Source: Cladosporium halotolerans (lineage: Eukaryota). Taken from it: a DNA stretch of 64,000 bases. Below the pieces are notes generated by a model. The model was not told the DNA's origin and searched no databases. It saw nothing but the letters and a program-made list of their open reading frames with translations. Location: assembly GCF_011745625.1 (NCBI RefSeq), contig NW_027191498.1, positions 62,001 to 126,000 of the forward strand, given 5' to 3'. Shown here piece after piece: positions 46,471-57,623 of the stretch; position 1 is the stretch's first letter; each line of letters opens with the position of its first letter. The translations under genes were made by a program, and so were the position numbers.

Positions 46471-47956
46471 ATGGCAGCCGAAGATGCCGTGGCCCTGAAG
46501 AACAAGGGCAACGAGGCCTTCAAGAATCACGATTGGCCTACTGCGATCGAGTTCTACACCAAAGCCATTGAGGCCAACGATAAGGAGCCTTCCTTCTTCA
46601 CCAATCGCGCCCAGGCCAACATCAAGCTCGAGGCATACGGTTACGCAATTGCAGATGCGACCTCGGCGATCGAACTGGATCCCTCCTTTGTCAAGGCATA
46701 CTACCGACGAGCTGTAGCGAACACTGCGATCCTCAAGCATGGCGATGCGATCCACGACTGGAAGATCGTCGTGCGAAAGAATCCTACGGATAAGGTCGCG
46801 AAGGCGCAATACGATGCCTGTCAAAAGATGGTCAAGCGCGATGCGTTTCTGAAGGCGATTGAGGTGGCCGATGCACCTTCGGCGGCAGAGGGTCTCGACC
46901 TGGAGAACATGATCGTCGAGGATTCATACGACGGTGTGAAGCTGGGAGACAAGATGACACAGGAATTTATCGACGATATGATTGAGCGCTTTAAGACCGG
47001 CAAGAAGCTGCACAAGAAATACGTATATCAAATCATTTTGGCTGCGAAGGAAATTCTGTACAACGAGCCGACCATGCCGGAAACGCACATCAAGGAGGGC
47101 CACAAGCTTACGGTTTGCGGTGACACTCACGGACAATACTTTGATCTTCTCGAAATCTTCAGGCTGAACGGTTTCCCCTCGGAGTCGCATGGCTACCTCT
47201 TCAACGGCGACTTCGTGGATCGCGGGTCATGGTCAACAGAGATTGCTCTCTTGCTCTACGCCTACAAGATGCTGTTCCCCAACAGCTTCTTCCTGAACCG
47301 CGGCAACCACGAGACAGATGATATGAACCGCATGTATGGCTTCGAGGGCGAGTGCAAGGCGAAGTATAACGAACGCGTCTTCAAGCTTTTCTCCGAGTCT
47401 TTCTCAGCCCTGCCTCTGGCAACCCTCATCGGTGACAAGTACCTCACCCTCCATGGCGGTCTCTTCTCCGATGACGCTACCTCTCTCGACGACATCCGCA
47501 AGCTGAACAGGCACTCGCAAAGACAGCCCGGTCAGGAGGGTCTGATGATGGAGATGCTCTGGACCGACCCTCAGACCATGCCCGGTCGCGGACCTTCCAA
47601 GCGTGGCGTTGGTCTCCAATTCGGCCCGGACATTACCAAGCGGTTCTGCGAGGCCAACGGTCTCAAAGCCATCATTCGCAGCCACGAGGTGCGCATGGAA
47701 GGTTACGAGGTCGAGCACGACGGCCGCTGCATCACCGTGTTCTCCGCGCCCAAGTACTGCGACTCGACAGAGAACAAGGGTGCATACATCAACTTTGGCC
47801 CAGAGTACGAGCCGGAATACGTCAAGTTCGATGCTGTGCCTCATCCGGACATCAAGCCTATGGTAAGACAAATTTCCTGACTTCACGCAAGAATCTCTGC
47901 TAACCTACCACCAGGCTTACGCCAACAACGGCATGATGGGCATGATGGGCATGTAA
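46471..47956 (+). CDS. PPT1: Ser/Thr protein phosphatase 5 (TPR plus PPP domain), 2 exons
   Basis: TPR LKNKGNEAF..FTNRAQANIKLE; PPP motifs GDTHGQ, GDFVDRG, RGNHE, IRSHE, FSAPKYCD. The terminal exon encodes AYANNGMMGMMGM*. Confidence 0.97.
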
Positions 47957-48591
47957 ACGCACGACCCGCTTCACGAACTTGCCGCATTTTTCGATTTTTG
48001 TGACTTCGCATAGCGCTGGTAACGAGGGTATGGCTATGGTCACGATTCGCATTGGACATTTTGACAGGATACCATCTTTGCGCAAGAGGGAGTCATAGCT
48101 GTAGCAGCAAACAGATACTGCTTTGAAATGTACACGTGTACACGCTAGGTCTCTCACTTGTGAGTGGCACCATATCCATCTGCATGCTTGCTGGGATGGC
48201 TCTGCATTCGGACCTATTGCCACTGGTCATAGAGTGCAGAAATGGAGAACGTCTTGTGCTGTCTCATACCGTGTCGAGCCCAACGATACCGCCGACAAGG
48301 GACACGAGAGCCACGAAGTGCTTTCTGGACCTACATGAATATGACAGGCGGTCCTGTACACAATGCCTAGATGCGATGTTCATGTTATCGTCGCGTCGCT
48401 TAGCTCGCGCACTGACTTGCGCACGCCACGTCCCTCGTGCCTTCCTCAACAACACTGTTGCCGCTTTGATCGCCTGCCCTGGCCACGACGGCGATACGCG
48501 CGTGTCCAGAATTCTCGCTCGTTTTCTCTGAGCTTCTACCGTTCTGTCAACAGCAGACTCGCGACTCATCCACAACACCTTGCCTGGCAAC

Positions 48592-49380
48592 ATGGCGACA
48601 ACTACGGTCCTCCCACTCGTTTACACCGCAACCCATCGTATCAACTCCGCTCGCGCTGAAAACGAGAAGTCACCGATGCTAAAGCTCCCAAATGAGCTGC
48701 TTATCAAGATCGGAAAAAATGTTTTCGACGCTGGCGGTCCAACACGCATCCACGGCATGGTATCCAGGAACAATCACAAGCGTAACCCCATGAGTTTGTT
48801 GCACGCCTGCTCCAAGCTGCGTCGTGTTCTTCAGCCCGACTTCCTCACCATCAATGGCTTCGTGCTGAAGGTCTCTTCTCTCAGCGCCGTTGATGTCAAG
48901 GCCGAGCTCGCGGAATGGTGGGCCACCTTCGGCTACGCAGACGCAACCAAAGCTGTGAAACCGATCTTCTTCGTTCAAGCTAGGTTCGAAAACCCCAGCG
49001 AATTCAGCTACAAGAATGCGCTCAACCTGTCGTCCAACGCTCAGAAAATCTGCCATTCCTCGTTCCCGTTCACCCCAATTATCCTCATCGAACACCACGG
49101 AATCAACGGGCTCCCGTACTTCATCGCCCCACGCTATTTCATGAGAGTATTCGCGCCGCACATCGCCTACTCCCCGCTCGGTCTCAGCAATCTCCTCTAC
49201 ATCTACGGTAAGCCGCCGCCAGGCGACCACTACGGATGGGGTGGCTGGGTCGCAACATTCATCAGCGTCCACGACATGAGGATGAGACAGCGCGATCAGG
49301 GTATGAAGCTAGGGCCGCCAGAGCGGTTTTACAAGGATGAAGTACAGCTGTTTATGGCTTGCGCGCGGTGTTCGTTGTAG
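48592..49380 (+). CDS. Hypothetical protein with an N-terminal F-box-like motif
   Basis: SPMLKLPNELLIKIGKNVF and LLHACSKLRR resemble fungal F-box-like/2EXR-type starts; 262-aa intronless ORF. Confidence 0.65.
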   Translation: MATTTVLPLVYTATHRINSARAENEKSPMLKLPNELLIKIGKNVFDAGGPTRIHGMVSRNNHKRNPMSLLHACSKLRRVLQPDFLTINGFVLKVSSLSAVDVKAELAEWWATFGYADATKAVKPIFFVQARFENPSEFSYKNALNLSSNAQKICHSSFPFTPIILIEHHGINGLPYFIAPRYFMRVFAPHIAYSPLGLSNLLYIYGKPPPGDHYGWGGWVATFISVHDMRMRQRDQGMKLGPPERFYKDEVQLFMACARCSL

Positions 49381-49735
49381 TGATGGCGAGTCAAGAGAGT
49401 GCGTTTCTCTGTAGTCTGAATTAATGATTATGTTCTTCCTTCTGCTCCAGACTTTTTGAACGAACCTTTTGAGTTGAGAGAAAGCATCTTCTGGGCGTCA
49501 TCACCCTGCCGGCAGGGTGCACCTCGAGTCCCTCATTTGGCTTTGTGGTGCGACCTTCTCCTCTGGACTGTGAAGATACATTCTCCCCAAGAGAGCTGAC
49601 GTGCTGAAGAACTAACGGTCCATTGGCGTAGTACGCTTCTTCGATTCCAAAGCTCAAAACAAGGTGCTACCTTCTTCTCTAGATGTACCCACCTGGAGAG
49701 CAAGTATGTGTCTCGAGCTTTAATGATAAAACGGC

Positions 49736-50338
49736 GTGCGACCTTCGATCCGTGACCCATTATCATCCGCAGTCGTTCCTTGTTTTCAGATTGCCGTGTG
49801 CAATCCCGCAAAAACAGAAACACTCACAGCCCAACATACCCCTTATGCACATTTCCTTGTCAACACCAAGACACCGCTCCACCCCAGTGATCTTCATTCA
49901 CACATCACTGAACGGTGTTAATCGATTGAAGTTGTGCGTGTTCAGGACGTGAACAACGTCGACCAGGACAGGCGTCGCGCCGCGGTCATCTTTGCTCTAG
50001 GGCAAGCCCACGAAGATCAATCTGTCAACGCCACCAGGGAATTGGAACAGTACAAAGCCGCGCTGAGAACTTTCTTTGGCGTTCAGTTGACTTTCCATAT
50101 TTGCTTGCCACAGATCCAGGACTACGGTGCTATCTTCTTTAGTGGAAGTAGCTGATGCTTGAGTGCTGGAGAGCGCATCTACTCCGACCGGTCTTCCGGG
50201 AAGAGGGGCCAAGTCTATTTGCCGAACTTTGACGCTCAAGGTGGACTGCTACCTTCTCTATTAGACCTCGGAAAATGCATTCGTCCTTGGAGAGCAGTTA
50301 TGCTCATAAGCTTTCGTGGAGTGAAGTTCGAGGAGTGA
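49736..50338 (+). pseudogene. Possible degenerate gene
   Basis: ORFs 49736-49921 and 49934-50155 share one frame, separated by one TAA. The frame reopens after TGA 50153 to ~50338 and reads protein-like (RRAAVIFALGQ..RELEQYKAALRTFFGVQLTFHICL). Confidence 0.3.
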
Positions 50339-50552
50339 CGTGTAGTAAGGGCACGGCGGGCGGACCCTGGCTCTTGGGCTGGGGTCAAGATCCAACCGAG
50401 GCAATTTGGAAGCTTGACCTCGCAAGAACAATCATCTCGGTGCCGAAGATCGCATCGTTGTAGAAGCGTATACCCGGTAGGCATTGACTTTCCATCCATA
50501 CACCCCGTCTACCTCTCATATCCCTTCTCCTCCTTCCCCAAACTCCCTCACA

Positions 50553-51444
50553 ATGTCCGCCGAAGCCGATGTCAAGCTCGACAACTTCAAGAGCATCTTC
50601 TCGCTCGACGGCAAAGTCGCCGTCGTGACCGGCGGCTCGCGCGGTCTAGGACTCCACGCCGCCTCCGGTCTGATTCAAGCCGGCTGCTCCAAAGTCTTCA
50701 TCACCTCGCGCAAAGCGGCCGCCTGCGAAGAAGCCTGCGCCGCCCTCAACGCCCTTCCCTTCGCCGGCAAAGCTATCTCCGTCCCCGCAGACATCGCCAA
50801 ACCCGCCGAAATTGAGCGCCTCGTTGCTGAGATCAGCAAGCACACCGACCATGTCGACATCCTGTTCGCCAACGCCGGCGCCTCGTGGGGCGCGCCTTTC
50901 GACAAGTCCCCCGAGAGCGCTTGGACGAAAGTCATGGACCTGAACGTCAAGAGCGTCTTCATTTGCATCCAGAAGTCCGCTTACGCCTCCCCTCCCTCCG
51001 GACACACCAGCTAACAAGAAGACCAGATTCGCGCCCCTCCTGCGAGCCCGTGCCACTCTCCCCTCCCCCTCCCGCGTCATCATAACCGCCTCCATAGCGG
51101 GCATCGGCATCGGCACCGTCGGCGAAAACGCTACCTTCGCCTACAGCGCCTCTAAAGCCGCGGCCCTACACCTGACACGCAACCTGGCCGTCGAGCTCGG
51201 TCCGCAGGGGATTCTGGTCAATGCAATCGCGCCGGGCTTCTTCCCGACGAAGATGGCGAATGGGCTGATGGAATTGGAGGGAGGGACGAAGAAGCTGGAG
51301 CAGGATACGCCGAATGGACGGCTGGGGTTGCCGGAGGATGTGGCGGCGACGGTGGTTTATTTGGCGAGTAGGGCCGCGGGGCATGTTAATGGGGGGCATA
51401 TTGTGCTGGATGGCGGGAGTGTGCTTGCTAGGGGGCGGTTGTAG
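50553..51444 (+). CDS. Short-chain dehydrogenase/reductase (RhlG-like 3-oxoacyl reductase family), 2 exons
   Basis: VVTGGSRGLG, ANAG, catalytic YSASK, VNAIAPGFFP. Intron ~50975-51027. Confidence 0.95.
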
Positions 51445-51867
51445 AGGGGTAGAGGGAGAGGATTGGTTTCGTATTCTATAGCTTTGGAGGTCAAAGTGGA
51501 GGGAGTGATATATTTGTGACATACACAGGATGTTATTATGTAGAAAGAGAGTTCGTTTGCTATTCCATGGTGGTCTGTATCAAGTCGTCTGTCGCGTTAC
51601 GGCGTCAATGTCCCTAGGAGAGAATGAGAGAAATATGTACAAGCCAGAAGCTCCAAACCAAATCACACATCCAACACCTTGCGCTTCACCCCACAACTCA
51701 CCTTCCTACTGTACCCCTCTGTTCAGGCGTTGCAATGGAGCCAAGTGAACAGATTCTGCAGCGACTCAGAGGTGACTTGTGGATAAGGAATGGTACTCAG
51801 GCATAGGTATTCACGTCACCCTAACCCTAACCCTGACAACCCCACCGCGTCACAGGCACGTTCGCCT

Positions 51868-52087
51868 CATCCATCGTTCGTCCGATTTTTGAGGTCTATG
51901 AGGTCCTGTGATAGAGGTATCATATCTGAATGTATCCTTTCTCCGTATAATAAGGGGTCTATAACGTACTACCTTCCCCTCTAGACTATTAAGACCGATT
52001 TTCCACCCGGAGGATCTAAAATATTAACTATCCTCGGATACGTCGTAGTCGACCAAAGCCTGTAAACTTTCGGATGAAAGGTGGATG
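51868..52087. mobile_element. ~220-bp foldback MITE-like element, copy 1
   Basis: Imperfect terminal inverted repeats CATCCATCGTTCGTCCGA / TCGGATGAAAGGTGGATG; collinear with 57402-57623. Confidence 0.8.
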
Positions 52088-52094
52088 CACTAAA

Positions 52095-53106
52095 TCACAA
52101 GTCTTGCTTAGCCGCAACACTGCCAGCGGCAGCAATCGCATTGACCCACGCCGCCAATCTAACACCCGCACGAGCAATCTGCACTTCAACGAGCGGCACC
52201 GCTCCCTCATAATACTCCCCACCAAGATCATTTTCCTTCACCCACTCCACTCCCGGCGCGAGCACGTACGCACAAACAAGCACATTCGTCTCCGTCGCCC
52301 ACGCGATTCCACACTCGTTCGGGTCCGCGAGGTTCGTGCACTCGCTATACTCCACGCTCAGCTCCCCGGCTTCGATCCGCTTGGCGAGTTTCTCGGCCCA
52401 GATGGCAGCAGCGGGTTTCTCTTCGGTGGCGTGGGCGTCGAAGCTGAGACCGTTCAGTTTACGTGGGATGGCAGAGTCCCAGACGCTGTGCAGGTTGAGG
52501 CGCTGCGTGTGGTGTCCGTCGAAGGAGACGGGAATGTCGTTGCCGCCGCGGCTGAGGTCTTCGGTGTGCAGGGGCTGATGGATGTCGCCGATGAAGTGCA
52601 AAAGGTATTTGAGAGCTTCGTTGCGGGTGTGCTGGTTGGTATTTGGGTCAAGGAGGAGGGAGGTCTGGGACATAGGTTAGTTGGTTGGGTTAGGGTGGGT
52701 TGTGGTGGGCGAGAACTGTTACCTGGTTAGAGATAGCGGAGATCACGCAGCCCTGGATTTCTTTACAGTCCCGGGCGTAATTGAGATTGCATTGCTCGGG
52801 CGGACTGTCCTTTGCGTCTTGGGAATGATTAGATCGGATTCATCAGTCTGGCCTTGAGTTCCTTCCCTCACCGATAAAGTGCCATCCTTCGGTGTAGCCC
52901 CGATTGTGGCGGATGGAGTCGGCCCAAACAGCGGCATCGCTGATGTCGAAGGACGTCGTCGGCCTGATGAGGGTCTCAAACAGCTCCGCACCCTCGTTGG
53001 TGAACCTCTTCTGTGCTAGATAGCCTACTGTTCGGTGCCCAAGCCCGCCCCAACAGACCACTTGGCTTGCGAATGTGAGAATAGCGAGAGAGGGTGACTT
53101 AAGCAT
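52095..53106 (-). CDS. Secreted S1/P1 nuclease, 3 exons
   Basis: Signal peptide then WGGLGHRTVGYLA, WADSIR, WHFI|D, ALKYLLHFIGDIHQPLH, GGN, NLHSVWD, QIARAGVRLAAWVN. Confidence 0.95.
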
Positions 53107-53534
53107 TTTGTTGTTTAAACAAGGCAGTGTTGGATTCAGAAATGTCCAAAGAATACGGCCTGGGCGCGGCTTCTAAATAGCTGGCTGGCTGGAGGCTGGA
53201 AGTCGGTGTCAGCCCATGCCCTTTGGGCTGAGCGGGATCCACCTTGCCTGGGGCTTGCATAAACGTGGGATTCCCATGCACGCGTGGTTTGCAATGTACA
53301 TTATCTTTTTGATACTGTAGTCGTCAATGGCCAGGATATTAACGGCGAGCGCCACCAATATGCTGCTGACAGGTGCAGTGTCCCCATGTGTCTCCGTACC
53401 GAAGGGGCGATTGGCTGTGGTGGACAGCCGCCAAAGCGGGGGGTTTTGTTTCACAGCGCGCGTGTTCGTCAGGCCATGGAAGACATCTGCTTCCTCACGT
53501 TTGAAGACAAGATAATTCACCAGAGGCCAGTACG

Positions 53535-54002
53535 ATGTTGCCAGTAATTTCAGGGCAATGCGCTTGCGGCAAAGCAACCTGGTCATCCACCTCCGCCCCA
53601 GAACACCTGGACTTCTGCTACTGCTCCACATGCCAACAGAACTCCGGCGCGCCATTCGCCCCCTGGATCGGGGTCGCCAAATCGGCTATTAGCTGGACTG
53701 GTAGCATATCGAGTTGGAGGCCCACCATCTTTGACGGCGAGATCAGCGTCTCAGAGAGGACATTTTGCGCAGAATGCGGATCCTGTCTTGCGATACAGTA
53801 CGACCTCTACACCGAGAAGACGCACTTGGCTGCGGGAACGGTGATCCAAGGCGGTGGGAGCATTCCGCCTGTTTGTATGCATCTCTGGCTGAAGAGCGCG
53901 CCGGTCTGGTACCATGTTTCTGATGATGGGGTTCCGCGGTACCAGGAGTTCCCGAATGACTTCGAGAAAGCACTGGAGGCGCACTTGAAGAGACGAGTGT
54001 AA
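53535..54002 (+). CDS. GFA / Mss4-like zinc-binding protein
   Basis: GQCACG, CYCSTCQQNSGAPF, RTFCAECGS, HLWLKSAPVW. Confidence 0.92.
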   Translation: MLPVISGQCACGKATWSSTSAPEHLDFCYCSTCQQNSGAPFAPWIGVAKSAISWTGSISSWRPTIFDGEISVSERTFCAECGSCLAIQYDLYTEKTHLAAGTVIQGGGSIPPVCMHLWLKSAPVWYHVSDDGVPRYQEFPNDFEKALEAHLKRRV

Positions 54003-54441
54003 CTTTGGAATGGGGTTTGAATCAAGAGGTTTTATTTATTTGGCAGGCTGATACTAAAGACAGATCAGGCAAAGCACATATCAGTGATCGTCCGTACACG
54101 TGAGTTTGGAATAGGGGAAAACGGGAGATATATGAATGCGTAATATGATGACCAATGACATAGCTAAGGGATATATAGATAGATTACAGAAAATTGCCAG
54201 ATGACACTGGCGAAGACCAATCGCTCGGCGCCGAAGAGACTGTCGGCAGCCCAAATAAAGCATGATGCAAAGCGCATCCGTCGAATTCGTACACGTCTGT
54301 GTGTGAGATCGCTGAAGAGCGGTTGTTGCGATTGCTGATTCCCCGAGCTACGCTCTACGCGGCGGGGATGGTGGCAATCGGTTGTTCGTGTTGCAGTGAG
54401 CCCTTGTGCTCCGATGTTGTTCCTCCTTTCTTGCTATGCAT

Positions 54442-55860
54442 TTAAAGGACGTTGCCGGTGACACCATCGGTGACGCCGGTGACCTTGTCAAGGGAGAGGC
54501 CCTCGAGGATGTCGCGCTCGGAAAGGCCGATAGACTTGGTGAGCTCGTCGATGGAGAGGTTCTCCAGCACGTCGCGCTTGGAGAGGTTGAGGGACTTGGT
54601 GAGCTCGTCGACGGAGAGGTTGTCGGTGATGGAGCGCTTGACAATCTTCTCGATGGTGCCCATGACGTCGCTGACATCGACATCAGCGTTGACGGCGGAG
54701 CGCCTGACAAGGCCCTCAACGTCGCTGACGACGCTGCCAGCGGCACCAGAGTTGAGGTCGAGGACGCCGCTGTTCTCGCGCTTGACAAGATCATCAACCT
54801 TGTTCATGAGGCCACCGACGGTGCCGGAGTTCAGGTCGAGAACATCGGCGTTGTCACGCTCAAGGAGGCCCTCGGCCTTGTCAACAACACCGCCAACGGT
54901 GCCGGAGTTCAGGTCAAGAGCGTCAGAGCTGTCGCGCTCGAGGAGACCCTCGGCCGTGTTAACAACACCGCCGACGGCACCGGAGTCGAGGTCGAGAGCA
55001 TCGGCGTTGTCACGCTTGAGGAGACCCTCAGCCTTGTCAACAACACCACCAACGGCGCCGGAGTTCAGGTCAAGAGCATCAGCGTTGTCACGCTCGAGGA
55101 GACCCTCGGCCTTGTCAACAACGCCGCCAACGGCGCCGGAGTTGAGGTCAAGAGCATCAGCGTTGTCACGCTCGAGGAGACCCTCGGCCTTGCCAACGAC
55201 ACCGCCGACGGCACCAGAGTTGAGGCCGAGCACGTCGCCGTTGTCACGCTTGAGGTTGGTGACACCGAGACCGTTGACAGCGCCGCCAACAGTGCCGGTA
55301 ACGCTACCGACAGTCTCGCCGAGACCGAGGTCACGCTGCTTGAGGTTGGTGAGACCGAGGCCGTTGACGGTGTCCTTGACGCCGCCGACAGTCTCGCCAG
55401 CCTCGCCGACGACACCACGCTTGAGGTTGGTGACGCCAAGGCCGTTGACGGTGCCGGTGGCAGTGCTGACAACGCCGTCAACCGTGCCGCCGAGACCGAT
55501 GTCGCGCTGCTTCAGGTTGGTAAGGCCAACGTTGTTGACGGTGTCCTTGGTGTTGTCGACGGTCTGGCCGACGACGCCACGCTTGAGGTTGACACCACCG
55601 ACGATGCCTTCGGCCTCATTGACAACGTTGTTGACAACACCGGCCTGGCGCTTGAGGTTGCCGAGGTTGACCTTGTCGACGGTCTCCTGAGCCGTGTTGA
55701 CAGCGTCGCCGGCAAGGCCACGCTCGCCAACGACACCCTCGAGGTTGACGAGGCCGGTGACATCGTGGACGGCACCGCCAATGACGCCGCTCTCCTGGCG
55801 CTTGGTCGGCAGGGCCATGGTGGCCGCCGTGAGGGCAAGGGTGATGAAAGCGTACTGCAT
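54442..55860 (-). CDS. Secreted Kex2-processed repeat protein (KEP-type peptide precursor), 472 aa
   Basis: Signal peptide MQYAFITLALTAATMA-LPTKR, then 18 segments of 20-29 aa delimited by KR/RR/ER/KQR. Strong C-ending codon bias on this strand. Confidence 0.88.
   Translation of the reverse strand: MQYAFITLALTAATMALPTKRQESGVIGGAVHDVTGLVNLEGVVGERGLAGDAVNTAQETVDKVNLGNLKRQAGVVNNVVNEAEGIVGGVNLKRGVVGQTVDNTKDTVNNVGLTNLKQRDIGLGGTVDGVVSTATGTVNGLGVTNLKRGVVGEAGETVGGVKDTVNGLGLTNLKQRDLGLGETVGSVTGTVGGAVNGLGVTNLKRDNGDVLGLNSGAVGGVVGKAEGLLERDNADALDLNSGAVGGVVDKAEGLLERDNADALDLNSGAVGGVVDKAEGLLKRDNADALDLDSGAVGGVVNTAEGLLERDSSDALDLNSGTVGGVVDKAEGLLERDNADVLDLNSGTVGGLMNKVDDLVKRENSGVLDLNSGAAGSVVSDVEGLVRRSAVNADVDVSDVMGTIEKIVKRSITDNLSVDELTKSLNLSKRDVLENLSIDELTKSIGLSERDILEGLSLDKVTGVTDGVTGNVL
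54700..55245 (-). repeat. Seven tandem 78-bp coding repeats (DNADALDLNSGAVGGVVDKAEGLL[EK]R)
   Basis: Residues 206-387 of the precursor are 7 x 26 aa. Confidence 0.92.
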
Positions 55861-57401
55861 TATGTAAAAGAGTGTATGTGTAAAGAGTGTAAGAGTTGGT
55901 AAAAGAGAGAAGAATTAGACAGTTGCTTGTAGTTGTACGGTGGTGGTGGAAGGAAAACAGCTTTCAGTGAGGGCGACAATCAGTTCATATACGACTGCAC
56001 CTTGCGGTGATCCTTGATTGTTGCCCCCTCCGTGAGCCTTCAGGCGCCGACATGGTCGAGTCAGCCTTGAGCCCAGTTGGTCCTGAAGATATGGATTTAC
56101 CGTTGCAATCTACCAAAAGATCTACATCCAGGGTGTTGTGGACAGTAATGATCTTCGTGTAACGGTGCTTGACTTGGTCCGTTTACTGCCAAAGCACAGG
56201 TTAGCGGAGTATAGTCAGGTCCTGGTGCTCGAACTAGAGGCACGGTGCGGACCTGGGGGCCTTGCGTGCGGCATTCTCCAATGACATTATTTGTTTGCAA
56301 CGTCGTCGTAGTTGCTACTCCTGAAGAACGGTGGACTAGCACGGCTGTGTGGAGCACTGTCGACGAACGATCGCAATTCTCCCACCTTGTCAGGTACAAG
56401 GCTAGTGGAGTGAGGAACATGACTCCAGATTTTGATCGAGCATTGTGTTGAAGTGCGATTTTGATATCTTGGTCCATGTGAGTGCCATGTGAGCGGAACG
56501 CAAGGAACTCTTGTCTAGCTTTGACACAGTCTCGCAGTGTTTGAGACAAATCCCGTTTGTAGCGACATAGAATCATGATCAAGCCAACTTCTTCATGTGC
56601 ATGGGGTGCCTGACAGGAGGGATGGTGTGAGCACCATGCTGGGGCCGCGTACCCACTCCGCCCGGGCCGGGTCACTACTAGGGCTTAACCTCAAGTAATC
56701 CTGGGGATCTTCGGACTGGCGGCCGGCGGTCAGTGTAGTGCCGAAGTTCGGGGTGGTTCGGTCTGTATTGTGCGCTCTGCTGGTAGGAGAACCTGACAGC
56801 TATGTGTCATATCGAATTCAAGACCTTGTCGAGGGCAGGCGGTCTCTGCGTAGATCCTAGTCTTCCGATACATCCGGGGCAAATCCCAGTACGTAGCCAT
56901 GTCAGCTCTGCCATGGAGTACGTAGAACCGACGATGTGGACAAATCCTGGAGCAGTGGATAGCATCCCATGTTGACTGGGCGATACCGCCACAAGCACTT
57001 TGCGTCCCCATCTGTGCGAGTCCTGCGGGCTGAAGATGCAGGTTTCACCAAACGTGTTCGCTGCCACGCTAAGATCTCCAGGGCGAACGGTTTTGACGGC
57101 TCAATTTCTCCCAGCCTTTCAATGATGCCCTTTTGGTGTTGCTGTGCCCCCGAGTTACCTGTCACAAAACCATAGTGTAGGATTCAGCCCTGATAATGTA
57201 TCTTACGCCTGTTCTGCATTAGCCATGTGCAGTACTTCGATAGAACCACTCAGCACAATAATTTGTCAATCAACCCTGTGCAACTCACTGCGGACGCTGT
57301 CCGTGCCCATGATTCGTGGCCTGCCAGCGTGGCTGGAGCGTGCAAGCCGTGACACGTCAAAATCTCCGCTGGACGGGCGAAGATCGGCCTCCGGACAATG
57401 C

Positions 57402-57623
57402 CAGCCCGTCGTTCATCCGAAAGTTTGAGGTCTATGAGGTCCTATGATAGAGGTACCATATCTGAATATACCTTTTCTCCGTATTAATAAAGACCTTTAA
57501 CGTACTACCTTCCCCCTTAGACGATTAAGACCGATTTTCTACCCGGAGGGTCTAGATATTCACTATACTCGGACACGTCGTGGTCGACTAAAGCCTGCAA
57601 ACTTTCGGATGAAGGGTGGGCTG
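57402..57623. mobile_element. ~222-bp foldback MITE-like element, copy 2
   Basis: 26-bp TIR CAGCCCGTCGTTCATCCGAAAGTTTG / CAAACTTTCGGATGAAGGGTGGGCTG with 3 mismatches; same orientation as copy 1. Confidence 0.85.

Noticed and set aside
33451..47956. Apparent concentration of RNA-processing and chromatin genes (RRP36, SET2, POP8, SPT4)
   Set aside because: Ordinary housekeeping neighbourhood; no evidence of a functional cluster.
51430..51444. SDR C-terminal GRL as a peroxisomal PTS1
   Set aside because: Non-canonical tripeptide; plausible but not supportable from sequence alone.
54406..55902. 498-aa and 412-aa plus-strand ORFs opposite the repeat precursor; repeat array considered as CRISPR-like
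   Set aside because: Antisense shadows of a codon-biased repetitive gene. Only the minus frame has a signal peptide and regular processing sites, and the repeats are contiguous coding units without spacers in a eukaryote.
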